Below, one piece after another: positions 28,728-38,644 of a stretch of DNA of 64,000 nucleotides. The position numbers and the translations under genes were made by a program. The DNA lies in the NCBI GenBank assembly GCA_963809665.1, contig CAWEKC010000001.1, positions 94,209 through 158,208 on the forward strand, written 5' to 3'. Source of the stretch: Candidatus Gottesmanbacteria bacterium. GTDB lineage: Bacteria > Patescibacteriota > Microgenomatia > UBA10105 > UBA927. The notes under the pieces are model-generated. The model had not been told where the DNA came from, did not search any database, and saw only the letters and a program-made list of their open reading frames with translations. Each line of letters begins with the position of its first letter. Within the stretch, counting starts at the first letter, position 1.

Positions 28728-28906
28728 TACATTTTCAATAACCCAAGCGCCCGATATATAAGAAGTGCAGGCCATACGATGGCTTTAAGGACACCGAATA
28801 CCCCGTCCCAAAATGTTGCGGCGTGCTGGATAAAATACAACGCCGCTCCGATAAACCCCAACCCGTACACTGCCCCTCCCCCTGCTCCTGCGTGCATATG
28901 TTTCAT
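28727..28906 (-). CDS. Small membrane protein (59 aa)
   Basis: MKHMHAGAGGGAVYGLGFIGAALYFIQHAATFWDGVFGVLKAIVWPA...; AAGGAG RBS upstream. Confidence 0.75.
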   Translation of the reverse strand: MKHMHAGAGGGAVYGLGFIGAALYFIQHAATFWDGVFGVLKAIVWPALLIYRALGLLKM

Positions 28907-29004
28907 ACAATTTTCTCCTTTCGTCATACTAAATAAACTATACCATATGGCCAAATAGCCTGAAAGCTCTTGTTTGGGGTATAATAAGGAGGCTAAAAAC
29001 CATT

Positions 29005-29078
29005 TGCGGGATCGTATAATGGTAGTACGCATCCCTCTGGAGGATGTTATCTTGGTTCGAATCCAAGTCCCGCAGCCA
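29005..29078 (+). tRNA. tRNA-Gln (anticodon CTG), CCA encoded
   Basis: Acceptor TGCGGGA/TCCCGCA, anticodon arm CATCC-CTCTGGA-GGATG, T-loop GGTTCGAATCC. Confidence 0.96.
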
Positions 29079-29132
29079 TTCGGCTCCTAACATTCGCTCA
29101 TGATCAGGGTCAGTTATGTACATGATCCTGGT

Positions 29133-29699
29133 CTATGAAAATTCTTTGGATTCAGACAACTTTCTTCTCATTAACTCGTCTCTGATTTTGTCCCGTTTCT
29201 TCATTAATATGGAATAATCGGTATCTGATAACCACAAACGCCGGTCATTATTTTTAGAGGTACGGTATTGAATCAGATCTTGGGCAGCATCACGAAGATC
29301 AGGATCATTATTTCTGACTAAGGATATCAAAATTTCATCACTATCGAGACTTTTCCATTCATCTATAAAACTAAAAATTTTACTTAATGCATACTTTAAT
29401 TCATTTCTTCTGTCAGATATTTGTTGCATCTTCTCTGTATTATTATGTTTCTTTACCCTTTTATATTTATTTCTTAGATGTTCTAATTCATAAAAAATAT
29501 TTTCTTTCATTTGATCCGCTTGTTTTTCAGACGAGATATCCACCAAAATATTATCCTGATAAGTGGGCAACCGCTTAAAAGTATCAATGATATTTGGTAA
29601 TTCTCCCCCAGACCGTATTAACCATCTTTCAAACAAATCGTTATTATTTCTTGCTGTTCTTTTAGAATTGTCACTAATAAAAGTTTCTGTTCTTGGCAT
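29133..29699 (-). CDS. Hypothetical charged helical protein, AT-rich
   Basis: 188-aa ORF, no recognisable motif. Confidence 0.6.
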   Translation of the reverse strand: MPRTETFISDNSKRTARNNNDLFERWLIRSGGELPNIIDTFKRLPTYQDNILVDISSEKQADQMKENIFYELEHLRNKYKRVKKHNNTEKMQQISDRRNELKYALSKIFSFIDEWKSLDSDEILISLVRNNDPDLRDAAQDLIQYRTSKNNDRRLWLSDTDYSILMKKRDKIRDELMRRKLSESKEFS

Positions 29700-29840
29700 A
29701 TTATTAAATCTACCTACGTGGGTATTCTACAATAAATACTCATCAAAATCCTCAAGTTATATATAAAAGTCCTAATATAGTTCGAGCAGTTTAGCCAAAG
29801 AAAGACTTGACTCTAACCTCTTAAAGATATAAAAGGGCAA

Positions 29841-30077
29841 ATGAATCAAGAAACAGGTAATTCATCTTCAACCGACCAAATAGAAATACAATCACATAAA
29901 GAATTCCGAGAGTATATTAAAAAATCACAGGACAATAAACTTGGTCATCTAGTGAGGATTGTCGTAATGGACGAATTAGCCTTGCTAGCGGAAGATTTAA
30001 TAGAAAACGGGTCAGAACCTTCATCGGTTTATAAATCTTTTATAAAGATAGCAGGAACACTAATAGAACGGCTCTAG
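29841..30077 (+). CDS. Hypothetical protein, AT-rich
   Basis: 78-aa ORF; TTGACT upstream. Confidence 0.5.
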   Translation: MNQETGNSSSTDQIEIQSHKEFREYIKKSQDNKLGHLVRIVVMDELALLAEDLIENGSEPSSVYKSFIKIAGTLIERL

Positions 30078-30677
30078 AAACTTCAATCGGGCGACAAGGC
30101 GGTTGTCCGGGTGGACGAGGCAATAATACAGAGCGCCGAGGAATGCATGTGACAGACTTTGCCAGAGAAGATTCCCGTACGTCATAAACGTCCATATCCA
30201 TACTGTGCCGGCCATTAGACTGAAAATAGTCAGTTTTATCGTGTCCCTCGGCGGGTGGGCCAAACCGAAAAACGAAATCCCAAGCAAAAACACAAGCACT
30301 CTGCTTGCAATAAGCGATGAAAGCGTATTGAGAAATATATATTGAAAAAATATCTGCTGCAAAAAAGCAAACGGGACATAGAGTACAAATAATGTCAGAA
30401 AAAATACGGGATTGAATTTTCTTTGTTTCACTCTGAAAAAAATTACCAGAAGAAATCCGACAATGGTAAATACCAGATGTATGATGCCCGACATCAAAAG
30501 TGTTTCCGGCACATACAGCTTAAACGTAACCTCTTTAAGATATAGTATTGTTAACAAAAGCGCTGATAATCCGAATATTATTATTAAAATCCCGTTTATG
30601 CTGTCATAATTCTTCGTCCGGGTATAGACAATGAGGGTACTAATACAGAGGATCAAAATAAGTGCGTTCAGATACAT
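30060..30677 (-). CDS. CPBP (CAAX/Abi) family intramembrane protein
   Basis: Multi-TM; QQIFFQ (EExxFR position), FGLAH, SLSHAFLG. Confidence 0.7.
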   Translation of the reverse strand: MYLNALILILCISTLIVYTRTKNYDSINGILIIIFGLSALLLTILYLKEVTFKLYVPETLLMSGIIHLVFTIVGFLLVIFFRVKQRKFNPVFFLTLFVLYVPFAFLQQIFFQYIFLNTLSSLIASRVLVFLLGISFFGLAHPPRDTIKLTIFSLMAGTVWIWTFMTYGNLLWQSLSHAFLGALYYCLVHPDNRLVARLKFLEPFY

Positions 30678-30728
30678 AAGGTACACAGTATATCAGATTT
30701 GAAGCCCCGGCCGTGCTACAATGCAGGT

Positions 30729-31688
30729 ATGCTTGTAGATAACATTACCCTCACGGTTAAGGCAGGAAACGGCGGAGCGGGCTCAGCGTCGCTCCTGCAT
30801 AACGGCCAGACCCGCAAAGGCGGTCCGGATGGCGGCAACGGAGGCGCAGGCGGAAACATCTACTTTGTAGGTTCCACGAATATCAACGATCTACGGGAGT
30901 TCCGATACACGAAAATTATCAAAGCAAAACACGGCGGTGACGGGGCACGGCAAAAAAAGAACGGGAAAAAAGCGGAAGATGTTCTGACTCTCATCCCTCT
31001 GGGTACAAAAATTACTGACATCAAAACCAACGCTTCCATTGAGATTACCGAAATCGGCAAACAGGTGTTGATTGCACAGGGCGGGCGGGGAGGCCGCGGA
31101 AATGTTAATTTTAAAAGCTCCGTAAACCAGACGCCTATGACCGCAGAAAAGGGAGAACCCGGTCAGGAACGTGAACTTCTTCTGGAACTGCGCCTCATTG
31201 CGGAAATAGGGCTCATCGGATTGCCGAACGCCGGTAAAAGCAGTCTTCTTACTGTATTGACCAATGCCCATCCCACGGTAGCTGCATACCCGTTTACCAC
31301 CCTTGACCCCACAATCGGTATGCTGGGTAATCACCCTATAGCTGATATTCCCGGGCTTATTGAGGGCGCGTCAAAAGGGAAAGGGCTTGGGATAGATTTC
31401 CTCAGACATATCGAGAAAACAAAAATACTTTTGCACTGCATTGACGTAAACCATGACGATCCTCTGGGCGCGTATAAAACAATCCGGGAAGAATTTAAAC
31501 AATTTGATCCCGCACTACTTGCGAAACCGGAATATATCGTATTAACGAAAATCGATTTGACTGATGCGGATAGAATAAAAAGGGTTACAAGACTCTTTAC
31601 CGGTGAAAAGAAACAGGTATTTATATGTTCTGTGTACGACCCCAAAAGTATAGAAGCGCTCAAAAAAACGCTCGTGAGTCTCATATGA
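30729..31688 (+). CDS. obgE: GTPase ObgE/CgtA
   Basis: Gly-rich Obg domain, GLPNAGKSS, YPFTTL, DIPGLIEGA, TKID. Confidence 0.97.
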   Translation: MLVDNITLTVKAGNGGAGSASLLHNGQTRKGGPDGGNGGAGGNIYFVGSTNINDLREFRYTKIIKAKHGGDGARQKKNGKKAEDVLTLIPLGTKITDIKTNASIEITEIGKQVLIAQGGRGGRGNVNFKSSVNQTPMTAEKGEPGQERELLLELRLIAEIGLIGLPNAGKSSLLTVLTNAHPTVAAYPFTTLDPTIGMLGNHPIADIPGLIEGASKGKGLGIDFLRHIEKTKILLHCIDVNHDDPLGAYKTIREEFKQFDPALLAKPEYIVLTKIDLTDADRIKRVTRLFTGEKKQVFICSVYDPKSIEALKKTLVSLI

Positions 31689-32134
31689 AAATTTCCCGTA
31701 TCAGAAAAGAACCGCGGATTCCATTCACTAAAGAAGGCTATCAAAAATTATTGGATGACCGGAAAAAATTTCTTGATGCACGGCCGGAGGCTGTCAAGAA
31801 TCTCTCGGAATCCCGTGCGATGGGTGACTTATCGGAAAACGGCTACTACAAAGCGTCCCGTCAGCAGCTTTCATTTTTGGACTCCCGTATACGGCGGGTG
31901 GAGCGGCTCATTAAGCTTGCCAAAATAATTGAACCGACACGCGTAAAGCTTACTGACGGTACAAAAGAATATGACTACGAAATTGTCGGGGGATATGAAT
32001 CCGATCCGGTCAAACATACAATTTCCCAGCAATCCCCTTTGGGCCGGGCAATTTCAGGGAAGAAAGCCGGTGACGTCGTGGAAGTCATCACCCCCGGCGG
32101 AATAAAAAAATTTACAGTTCTTTTAGTTTCTTAA
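31685..32134 (+). CDS. greA: Transcription elongation factor GreA/GreB family
   Basis: AMGDLSENGYY, ISQQSPLGRAI; ATGA overlap with obgE. Confidence 0.9.
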   Translation: MKISRIRKEPRIPFTKEGYQKLLDDRKKFLDARPEAVKNLSESRAMGDLSENGYYKASRQQLSFLDSRIRRVERLIKLAKIIEPTRVKLTDGTKEYDYEIVGGYESDPVKHTISQQSPLGRAISGKKAGDVVEVITPGGIKKFTVLLVS

Positions 32135-32913
32135 TCCGGTAGCCTGAGTATCCCCTTTTTCCGTTCAACTAATCCGTCTTTTATCAATCCATTAATAACG
32201 CACATGGAAAAATCATGTAAGATAGTATCTTCTTTGACGGGACCTTTGCGTAACAAATCAATTAACCTGCCCCTAAAATATCTGTTGGTTTCTTTAAACG
32301 GAATTGTTGATTTTTTTACCCTTTTTTTTATTTTTAATTTCGGCATTTCAATAGATCCGTAATCCATTAAAGCCTGATGCCATTCCCAGGATTCATCCAT
32401 AGGAACCAGTTTATCCGCAACTCCCTGAATAATTTTATCTTTCTGCGGAACGTCTCTGAAAAAGAAATGCGTAATAATCTGCCTGATATTTGTATCAACC
32501 GCAGCGATATCCTTTTTAAAAGCAAACACAAGAATTGCCCTGGAAGTATATTTCCCCAGACCCGGCAGAGACATAAGTTCTTTCTCGCTATCCGGAAACT
32601 TTCCGTTATACATATCAACAATATTCTGCGCTGCCTTTTTCAGATACAGCGCGCGCCGGTTATAGCCCATCCCCTTCCATACTTTCAGTATTTTCGCCGC
32701 GCTGGCCCGGGCAAGGGTGTACACGTCGGGGAAAAAATACAGGAATTCTTCGTATTTGGGAAGTACCCGCGAAACCTGCGTCTGCTGGAGCATAACCTCC
32801 GATACAAGAATCCTGTACGGATCATGCGTGTGACGCCACGGCAAATTGCGTTTATTGAGTTCCCACCAGGAAAAAATATGCTCCTGAAACTTTATAATCC
32901 GCCCGCCATTCAT
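32131..32913 (-). CDS. mutY: A/G-specific adenine glycosylase (MutY-like, short)
   Basis: RNLPWR, SEVMLQQTQV, GMGYNRRA, HhH LPGLGKYT, VDTNIR. Confidence 0.9.
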   Translation of the reverse strand: MNGGRIIKFQEHIFSWWELNKRNLPWRHTHDPYRILVSEVMLQQTQVSRVLPKYEEFLYFFPDVYTLARASAAKILKVWKGMGYNRRALYLKKAAQNIVDMYNGKFPDSEKELMSLPGLGKYTSRAILVFAFKKDIAAVDTNIRQIITHFFFRDVPQKDKIIQGVADKLVPMDESWEWHQALMDYGSIEMPKLKIKKRVKKSTIPFKETNRYFRGRLIDLLRKGPVKEDTILHDFSMCVINGLIKDGLVERKKGILRLPD

Positions 32914-32942
32914 ACTTCGGCCCATTATAGTACAATAGAGGG

Positions 32943-33803
32943 ATGAAATCCGGTATTGTCGCGCTTATCGGCCGGCCGAATGTCGGCAAATCCACTCTCC
33001 TGAATACTCTTTTGGGGCATAAGGTGTCAATTACCAGCCCCAAACCGCAAACCACACGGTTTAATATTCAGGCCGTATACGAGGATGACCGCGGGCAGAT
33101 CATTTTTGTTGATACGCCCGGTATATTCGGCAGAACTCCCGATACGCTTTCCAAACGGATCAACGCACGTGCGGAAGGATCGTTGGTTAGCGGCATTGAT
33201 GTGGTCGTCTATATGGTTGACCACACCCGGCAGCGCGATACCGAGGAAAATAAAGCACTGGGTATCGTACGTAAATTCAACGGGCCGAAAATTCTCGTCA
33301 TCAATAAAACAGACATCCATACCCCTACTCACATCGTGCAGTATAAATTTTTGGAAGATGAGTTTACGACGGTGATTATGCTTTCCGCACTTGCTCACAA
33401 AAACACTAATATTCTGTTATCAACTCTGTTTGACCTCCTGCCTGAGGGAAAAGAATTAGTGGACAGAACTACACTGGCTCAACCGGCACTGAATATGGAC
33501 AGTAAATTATTTATCTCCGAAATTATCAGGGAAAAGGCATTTTTATTTTTGCGTGATGAAGTACCTTATACCCTTGCGTCTGCTGTCGATGAAGTCACTG
33601 AGCGTGATAACGGGACCGTCTATATCAAAGCGAAAATTATTACGAGCGCCGACCGGTATAAGGCGATGATCATAGGGCATGCAGGCGCAATGGTCAAAGA
33701 AATAAGCCAGGCGGCACGAAAAGAATTGGAAACGGCAACTAGCAAAAAAATCTACCTGGAGTTGACGGTTGTTACCGACCCTCATTGGATGGAATACGTA
33801 TAA
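32943..33803 (+). CDS. era: GTPase Era
   Basis: GRPNVGKSTL, PQTTR, DTPG, NKTD, C-terminal KH domain. Confidence 0.97.
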   Translation: MKSGIVALIGRPNVGKSTLLNTLLGHKVSITSPKPQTTRFNIQAVYEDDRGQIIFVDTPGIFGRTPDTLSKRINARAEGSLVSGIDVVVYMVDHTRQRDTEENKALGIVRKFNGPKILVINKTDIHTPTHIVQYKFLEDEFTTVIMLSALAHKNTNILLSTLFDLLPEGKELVDRTTLAQPALNMDSKLFISEIIREKAFLFLRDEVPYTLASAVDEVTERDNGTVYIKAKIITSADRYKAMIIGHAGAMVKEISQAARKELETATSKKIYLELTVVTDPHWMEYV

Positions 33804-35172
33804 ACGTTTCTTCCTTCCCTAAAATTTCCAGTGATTCCAATAACGGCGGTCCCACTGTTTTGCCGGTGACTGCAACACGGAGTTCCATAAATACATCCTT
33901 TGCTTTCAGTTTTGCAGCTTCTGCGGAATAACGGATCGATTGTTCCATGGCCTCATGTGTCCAAGCGCTTGCCTCAAGAGCTTTCCGTCCTACTTCAAGA
34001 ATTTCTTTTGCCAACGGCCTCTCATATGTTGCCGGACGTACAAAGAAAAATCCGGCAAGCGACTCAAATTCCGCCAATGTTTTCATCCGCTCAACCAATA
34101 GCGGAAGTATTTTCGCGATGTAGTTTTCCGGATATTTATTATTATAAAATTCGTACAGAACACGTATTAACTTTTTACTGTTCATGTGCCGGATATACTC
34201 CCCGTTCATCCAGCGCAGTTTTTCCGTATCGAAAATCGGGGCCGTCGTCTGCAGGTCTTCAAGACGGAATTTAGAGATCATATCGTCAACGGAAAAAACG
34301 TCCTGACCGCCGGGGTACGACCACGCCATAGTCGCAAGATAATTTTTGATCGCATCGGGCAGAAAGCCTTTTGATTTATACTCTGATACCCACACCGGAT
34401 TTTTCCGCTTACTTAACTTACTCCGGTCGGGATTCCGCAGTACCGATACATGCGCAATAAGCGGTACATCCCATCCAAAAAATTTGTAGAGAAGAATATG
34501 TTTAGGCGTTGAAGAAATCCATTCTTCACCGCGGATTATATGGGTAATCTTCATGATATGGTCATCAACAACCACCCCCAGATGATACGTGGGATACCCG
34601 TCGGATTTCAGAATGACCTGATCGTCAATCAGTTTGTTTTCAAAAGATATATCTCCCCGGATCACATCATGAAATATCGTCGTCCCCTCATCCGGCACAT
34701 CAAGACGGATAACGTATTTCTCCCCTGCCGCTATACGTTTTTTTGATTCACGTCTGTCGATTTTTTTACATAACCCGTCATACATCGGGGGTAAATGTCT
34801 GGCTTCCAGGTCTTTTCGCATTTGATCCAGTCTCTGCGGTGTACAGAAACAGTAATAGGCGTGACCTTTCGCGACAAGCGCTTCCGCATGTTTTTTATAG
34901 ATCCCGAGCCGTTCGGACTGGCGGTATGGGGCATATGGTCCGCCGATATCGGGCCCTTCGTCATACGGAATCCCTAACCACATGAGGGATGCCAGTATCC
35001 TATTTTCAGATCCTTTAACGAGCCGCGTGCGGTCTGTATCCTCCACACGGATAATAAATTGACCGTTATTAACTTTGGCAAATACGTAGTTTATAAGTGC
35101 AGTGTAAGCATTCCCGATGTGCAGGTCCTCGCCTGTCGGAGACGGAGCAATACGGGTTCGCACAGCACTCAT
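33772..35172 (-). CDS. gltX: Glutamate--tRNA ligase
   Basis: RIAPSPTG..HIGN, RVEDTD, KLSKR. Confidence 0.97.
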   Translation of the reverse strand: MSAVRTRIAPSPTGEDLHIGNAYTALINYVFAKVNNGQFIIRVEDTDRTRLVKGSENRILASLMWLGIPYDEGPDIGGPYAPYRQSERLGIYKKHAEALVAKGHAYYCFCTPQRLDQMRKDLEARHLPPMYDGLCKKIDRRESKKRIAAGEKYVIRLDVPDEGTTIFHDVIRGDISFENKLIDDQVILKSDGYPTYHLGVVVDDHIMKITHIIRGEEWISSTPKHILLYKFFGWDVPLIAHVSVLRNPDRSKLSKRKNPVWVSEYKSKGFLPDAIKNYLATMAWSYPGGQDVFSVDDMISKFRLEDLQTTAPIFDTEKLRWMNGEYIRHMNSKKLIRVLYEFYNNKYPENYIAKILPLLVERMKTLAEFESLAGFFFVRPATYERPLAKEILEVGRKALEASAWTHEAMEQSIRYSAEAAKLKAKDVFMELRVAVTGKTVGPPLLESLEILGKEETFIRIPSNEGR

Positions 35173-35214
35173 ACTGTTGATTCTACCACGTCCTAACCGT
35201 ATACTGAACTAACC

Positions 35215-36267
35215 ATGGCAACACTGACTCAAACCGCTTATTTTGCCCGCCGCACGATAAATTGGGGAATCATCGCAATCATCGCCTATATACTCATGCG
35301 TATTTTCTGGAGTATTTTCATTGCGGTATTTTTGCTTATATTCCCCCCGAAGGCCCCGCCGCCCAATCACGCATTCGATAAACTGCCAGTCCTCGTATTT
35401 CCGCTGCAGGCAACCCCATCGGCAGCACTAACGTTTCAATTACAGACAATCGAAGGTACTGTTCCCAAAGCTTCTGAATCCGCAACCGTGTATCTCATGC
35501 CAAAAACGGCACCGAATCTCCTCGGACTTAACACGGCGCAGGATTTTGCATCCGGATTTGATTTTGACCCCACTCCTGTGCAGGAAACCAAGAATATCTA
35601 CCGGTTTAATGATGCTAAGCTTCCGCTGAGGAGATTACGATACGATATTGTATCCAATAACTTTATTATCCGTTATGGCTACGAACAGGATCCGTCTGTT
35701 TTTAACGGAAAAAATCTCCCGCTACCGGATGACGGGACACGTGAGGCAATTAATTTACTTCAATCTCATAACTTGTATCAGACTGACCTTGCAGGCGGGA
35801 CAAATCAGATATTATTTCTGAGGTTAAACGGAACGCAGTTGATTGGTACGACAAGTCTTTCCCAGGCAGATGCTGAACGTATAGACTTCTTCCGGAAGCC
35901 AATCGAAGACACTCAGGTGCTCACCCCATACGCAGATGAGGCTCCGGTATCCATTATATACAGCGGCTCAACCGATACAAAAAAACGGATTATCCAGTTC
36001 GCCTATACATTTTGGCCGATTGATTATCAAACAACGGCAACATATGCACTGAAAACAAGTAACCAGGCCTGGGAAGAACTGCAAAGCGGAAACGGATATA
36101 TCGTACGGTATCCCACAAGCGGAAATGTCGCCGTTATCCGGAATGTATACCTTGCGTACTACGATTCATTTGATCCGCAAACGTATCTGCAGCCTATTTT
36201 TGTGTTTGACGGGGATAACGGGTTCCGTGCGTACGTGCCCGCAGTTTCTTCATCCTGGATTCTGTAG
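35215..36267 (+). CDS. Membrane-anchored hypothetical protein
   Basis: 350-aa ORF, N-terminal TM, beta-rich C-terminus YLQPIFVF...AYVPAV. Confidence 0.8.
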   Translation: MATLTQTAYFARRTINWGIIAIIAYILMRIFWSIFIAVFLLIFPPKAPPPNHAFDKLPVLVFPLQATPSAALTFQLQTIEGTVPKASESATVYLMPKTAPNLLGLNTAQDFASGFDFDPTPVQETKNIYRFNDAKLPLRRLRYDIVSNNFIIRYGYEQDPSVFNGKNLPLPDDGTREAINLLQSHNLYQTDLAGGTNQILFLRLNGTQLIGTTSLSQADAERIDFFRKPIEDTQVLTPYADEAPVSIIYSGSTDTKKRIIQFAYTFWPIDYQTTATYALKTSNQAWEELQSGNGYIVRYPTSGNVAVIRNVYLAYYDSFDPQTYLQPIFVFDGDNGFRAYVPAVSSSWIL

Positions 36268-37233
36268 CTATGTTGACGGCGTGAACACGTTCCACTGATA
36301 ATTTCCGAAGATCCAGTCGATAAGTCGGGATGTATCCCCGAAGCGATCCTGACTGTGAAGGGTAACAATAATAACCTTGTGACTGTTGCGGTCCACCATC
36401 GTGATGAGATTCTCTCCTGCTTCTTCCGTCCAGCCGGTTTTAATGCCGCCAACCCCCGGTATCTTCCCTAAGAGCTCGTTCACGTTTTTAAGCTGGTGGA
36501 AATATGTATGCGACACATCGGAAATGGTAATCTCCGGAATAGCTACCATCTTCGCAATCGTTTTGTTGTTCAGTGCCGCTTCCCCGAGAAGGGCCAGGTC
36601 TACCGGTGTCATTTTATGATTCGGGTCGTCGTACCCTACGGGATTGGTAAATGAGCTATGGGTAAGATGCAGCTCCTTCGCTTTATTGTTCATGGCTTCC
36701 ACAAATTTTGTCTCCCCGCCCGGGTAATAATCTGCCAATGCCCATGCAGCATCATTGCCCGAATATATTAGCGCCCCGTACAGAAGATTTTCCACGGTAA
36801 TTTTTTCACCCGGAATCAGACCCATCGATTGCCCGTCTATATTCTTCTCACCCACCGTTACTACATCATCAAGATTGAAGTTCTCAAGCGCCACAAGAGC
36901 GGTCAATAATTTTGTCGTCGATGCCGGGGATAATTCCACATTTTCATTCCGTTTATACATGAATACGCCGGAATCCATATCCAAGACAACCACGCCGGTC
37001 GCTGTAATCTCAGGTCCGGGATACATGCCGGTTATATTAACCGGATACGGGGCGGGAGTAGGAACCGGGATGGGCCAGGGCGGCAGCACATGTTCTTCAG
37101 ATGCGCGTGCCATCAGATATATGTTTTGTCCGGGAGATAACACGACGAATACGGCCAATAAAACCAGAAATAATATTTTACCCCATGAGACCCACCACCA
37201 CGGAACATGCTTGGGAGTATTCTTTTTCGCCAT
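36268..37233 (-). CDS. dacA: D-alanyl-D-alanine carboxypeptidase (peptidase S11)
   Basis: PASTTK, SGN, KTG; N-terminal anchor. Confidence 0.92.
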   Translation of the reverse strand: MAKKNTPKHVPWWWVSWGKILFLVLLAVFVVLSPGQNIYLMARASEEHVLPPWPIPVPTPAPYPVNITGMYPGPEITATGVVVLDMDSGVFMYKRNENVELSPASTTKLLTALVALENFNLDDVVTVGEKNIDGQSMGLIPGEKITVENLLYGALIYSGNDAAWALADYYPGGETKFVEAMNNKAKELHLTHSSFTNPVGYDDPNHKMTPVDLALLGEAALNNKTIAKMVAIPEITISDVSHTYFHQLKNVNELLGKIPGVGGIKTGWTEEAGENLITMVDRNSHKVIIVTLHSQDRFGDTSRLIDWIFGNYQWNVFTPST

Positions 37234-38633
37234 TATTTTTTCTTTTGAGTAAGAATGCGTAAACCCAATTCTGCAAGCTGATCCTCTGTTGCGTTACTGG
37301 GCGCATCTACGACACTTGTCGTTCCTGATGCTGAAGCCGGAAACGCCATAACCTCCCGTATGCTCGGTTCACCAAGGACTGTCATGATAAAACGGTCTAT
37401 GCCAGGTGCGATACCGCCGTGCGGGGGAGTACCATAGGAAAATGCAGTTAGCATATGCTCAAACTGTGCTTTTTGATCCTTTGTAAATCCTATGAGATCA
37501 AATACTTTTTCCTGGATTTCTGCCTGATGGATACGGATACTTCCTCCGCCGACTTCAAATCCGTTGAGGACTAAGTCATGCTGCAAGCCACGCGCCTGTG
37601 ACGGATTTGAGTCTAACAGTCCGATGTCATCGGGGTGAGGCGCAGTAAACATGTGATGCGACGGCGCGAATTTTGCATTCCCGGACCCGAAAAAGAAATC
37701 CGATTCCGACTGTTGGGTAAATAACGGAAAATCTATGGTCCAGCTGAATGCCAATTCGCCGGGATCTTTTTTATTTTTCCGCATATCCGGCTTATCCGTC
37801 CCGTATTTTTTTATTGCATCCGCATGGGACAGGCGCGGCCACGGAGACTGTGTTATATGTTTTTCCGGGAAAATTTGGGTAACGAGTGATGAGAATAGTG
37901 TTTCCGTAAGCTGCAAAATGTCTTCCTGTGTGACAAATGACATTTCCAAATCCAGCTGTGTAAATTCCCCATATGCCCGGTCGCGGCGCGGGTCCTCATC
38001 ACGGAAGCAACGGGCAATTTGAAAATACCGTTCAAATCCCGCAACCATTAAGAGCTGCTTGTACTGCTGCGGAGATTGCGGCAGCGCATAAAATTTTCCG
38101 TTTTGTAATCGTGAGGGTACGAGAAAGTCCCTCGCTCCCTCCGGTGTGGTTTTGGTTAATATGGGCGTTTCAATTTCGACGAACTCCCGTTCAAGAAGGA
38201 AATTGCGGATGTACGCGACAACCTTGGAGCGGATACGGATGTTTTTTGCCATACGCGGGCGGCGCAGGTCTAAATACCGGTATTTGGAACGTATCTCCTC
38301 GTTGATCTGGTACCCGTCTGTGTCAATCGGAAACGGGAGCTCTTTGGCTTTGGATACTACCGTAATTTTTTTTACTTCTACTTCGACCGTACCTGTCGCA
38401 ATATTCGGGTTCACCATTGCTTCCGGGCGTTTTTTCACCAGTCCGGCAACTTCCACCACATCCTCAGGCCTGGCATCGGCGAGTTCACCCGCCGAAACGA
38501 GCTGAATAAGCCCCGCCCTGTCGCGGAGATCCAAAAACATGATTTTCCCGTGATCGCGCCTTGCCTGCACCCAACCCTGAAGTGTGATTTGTTTACCGAT
38601 TTTGGTGACAGCTTCGGAAGATAACGTTCTCAT
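37233..38633 (-). CDS. aspS: Aspartate--tRNA ligase (short, probably non-discriminating)
   Basis: RRDHG, PEGARDF, PQSPQQYKQLLM, FRDED, PPHGGIAPGIDR. Confidence 0.96.
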   Translation of the reverse strand: MRTLSSEAVTKIGKQITLQGWVQARRDHGKIMFLDLRDRAGLIQLVSAGELADARPEDVVEVAGLVKKRPEAMVNPNIATGTVEVEVKKITVVSKAKELPFPIDTDGYQINEEIRSKYRYLDLRRPRMAKNIRIRSKVVAYIRNFLLEREFVEIETPILTKTTPEGARDFLVPSRLQNGKFYALPQSPQQYKQLLMVAGFERYFQIARCFRDEDPRRDRAYGEFTQLDLEMSFVTQEDILQLTETLFSSLVTQIFPEKHITQSPWPRLSHADAIKKYGTDKPDMRKNKKDPGELAFSWTIDFPLFTQQSESDFFFGSGNAKFAPSHHMFTAPHPDDIGLLDSNPSQARGLQHDLVLNGFEVGGGSIRIHQAEIQEKVFDLIGFTKDQKAQFEHMLTAFSYGTPPHGGIAPGIDRFIMTVLGEPSIREVMAFPASASGTTSVVDAPSNATEDQLAELGLRILTQKKK

Positions 38634-38644
38634 AAACTATACGC

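Noticed and set aside
28940-28975. Possible fifth TCAG-box promoter on the minus strand before the 59-aa membrane protein
   Set aside because: Only one TCAG is present and the spacing to a -10 box does not match the four-site pattern
28938-29123. ORFs overlapping tRNA-Gln, and 57539..57730 overlapping tRNA-Pro
   Set aside because: Translations of tRNA sequence; only the 28906..28727 part of the neighbouring ORF is kept as a gene
29050-30720. Integrated element or prophage at tRNA-Gln
   Set aside because: No integrase, phage gene or duplicated att copy of the tRNA 3' end was found; reported only as an AT-rich patch
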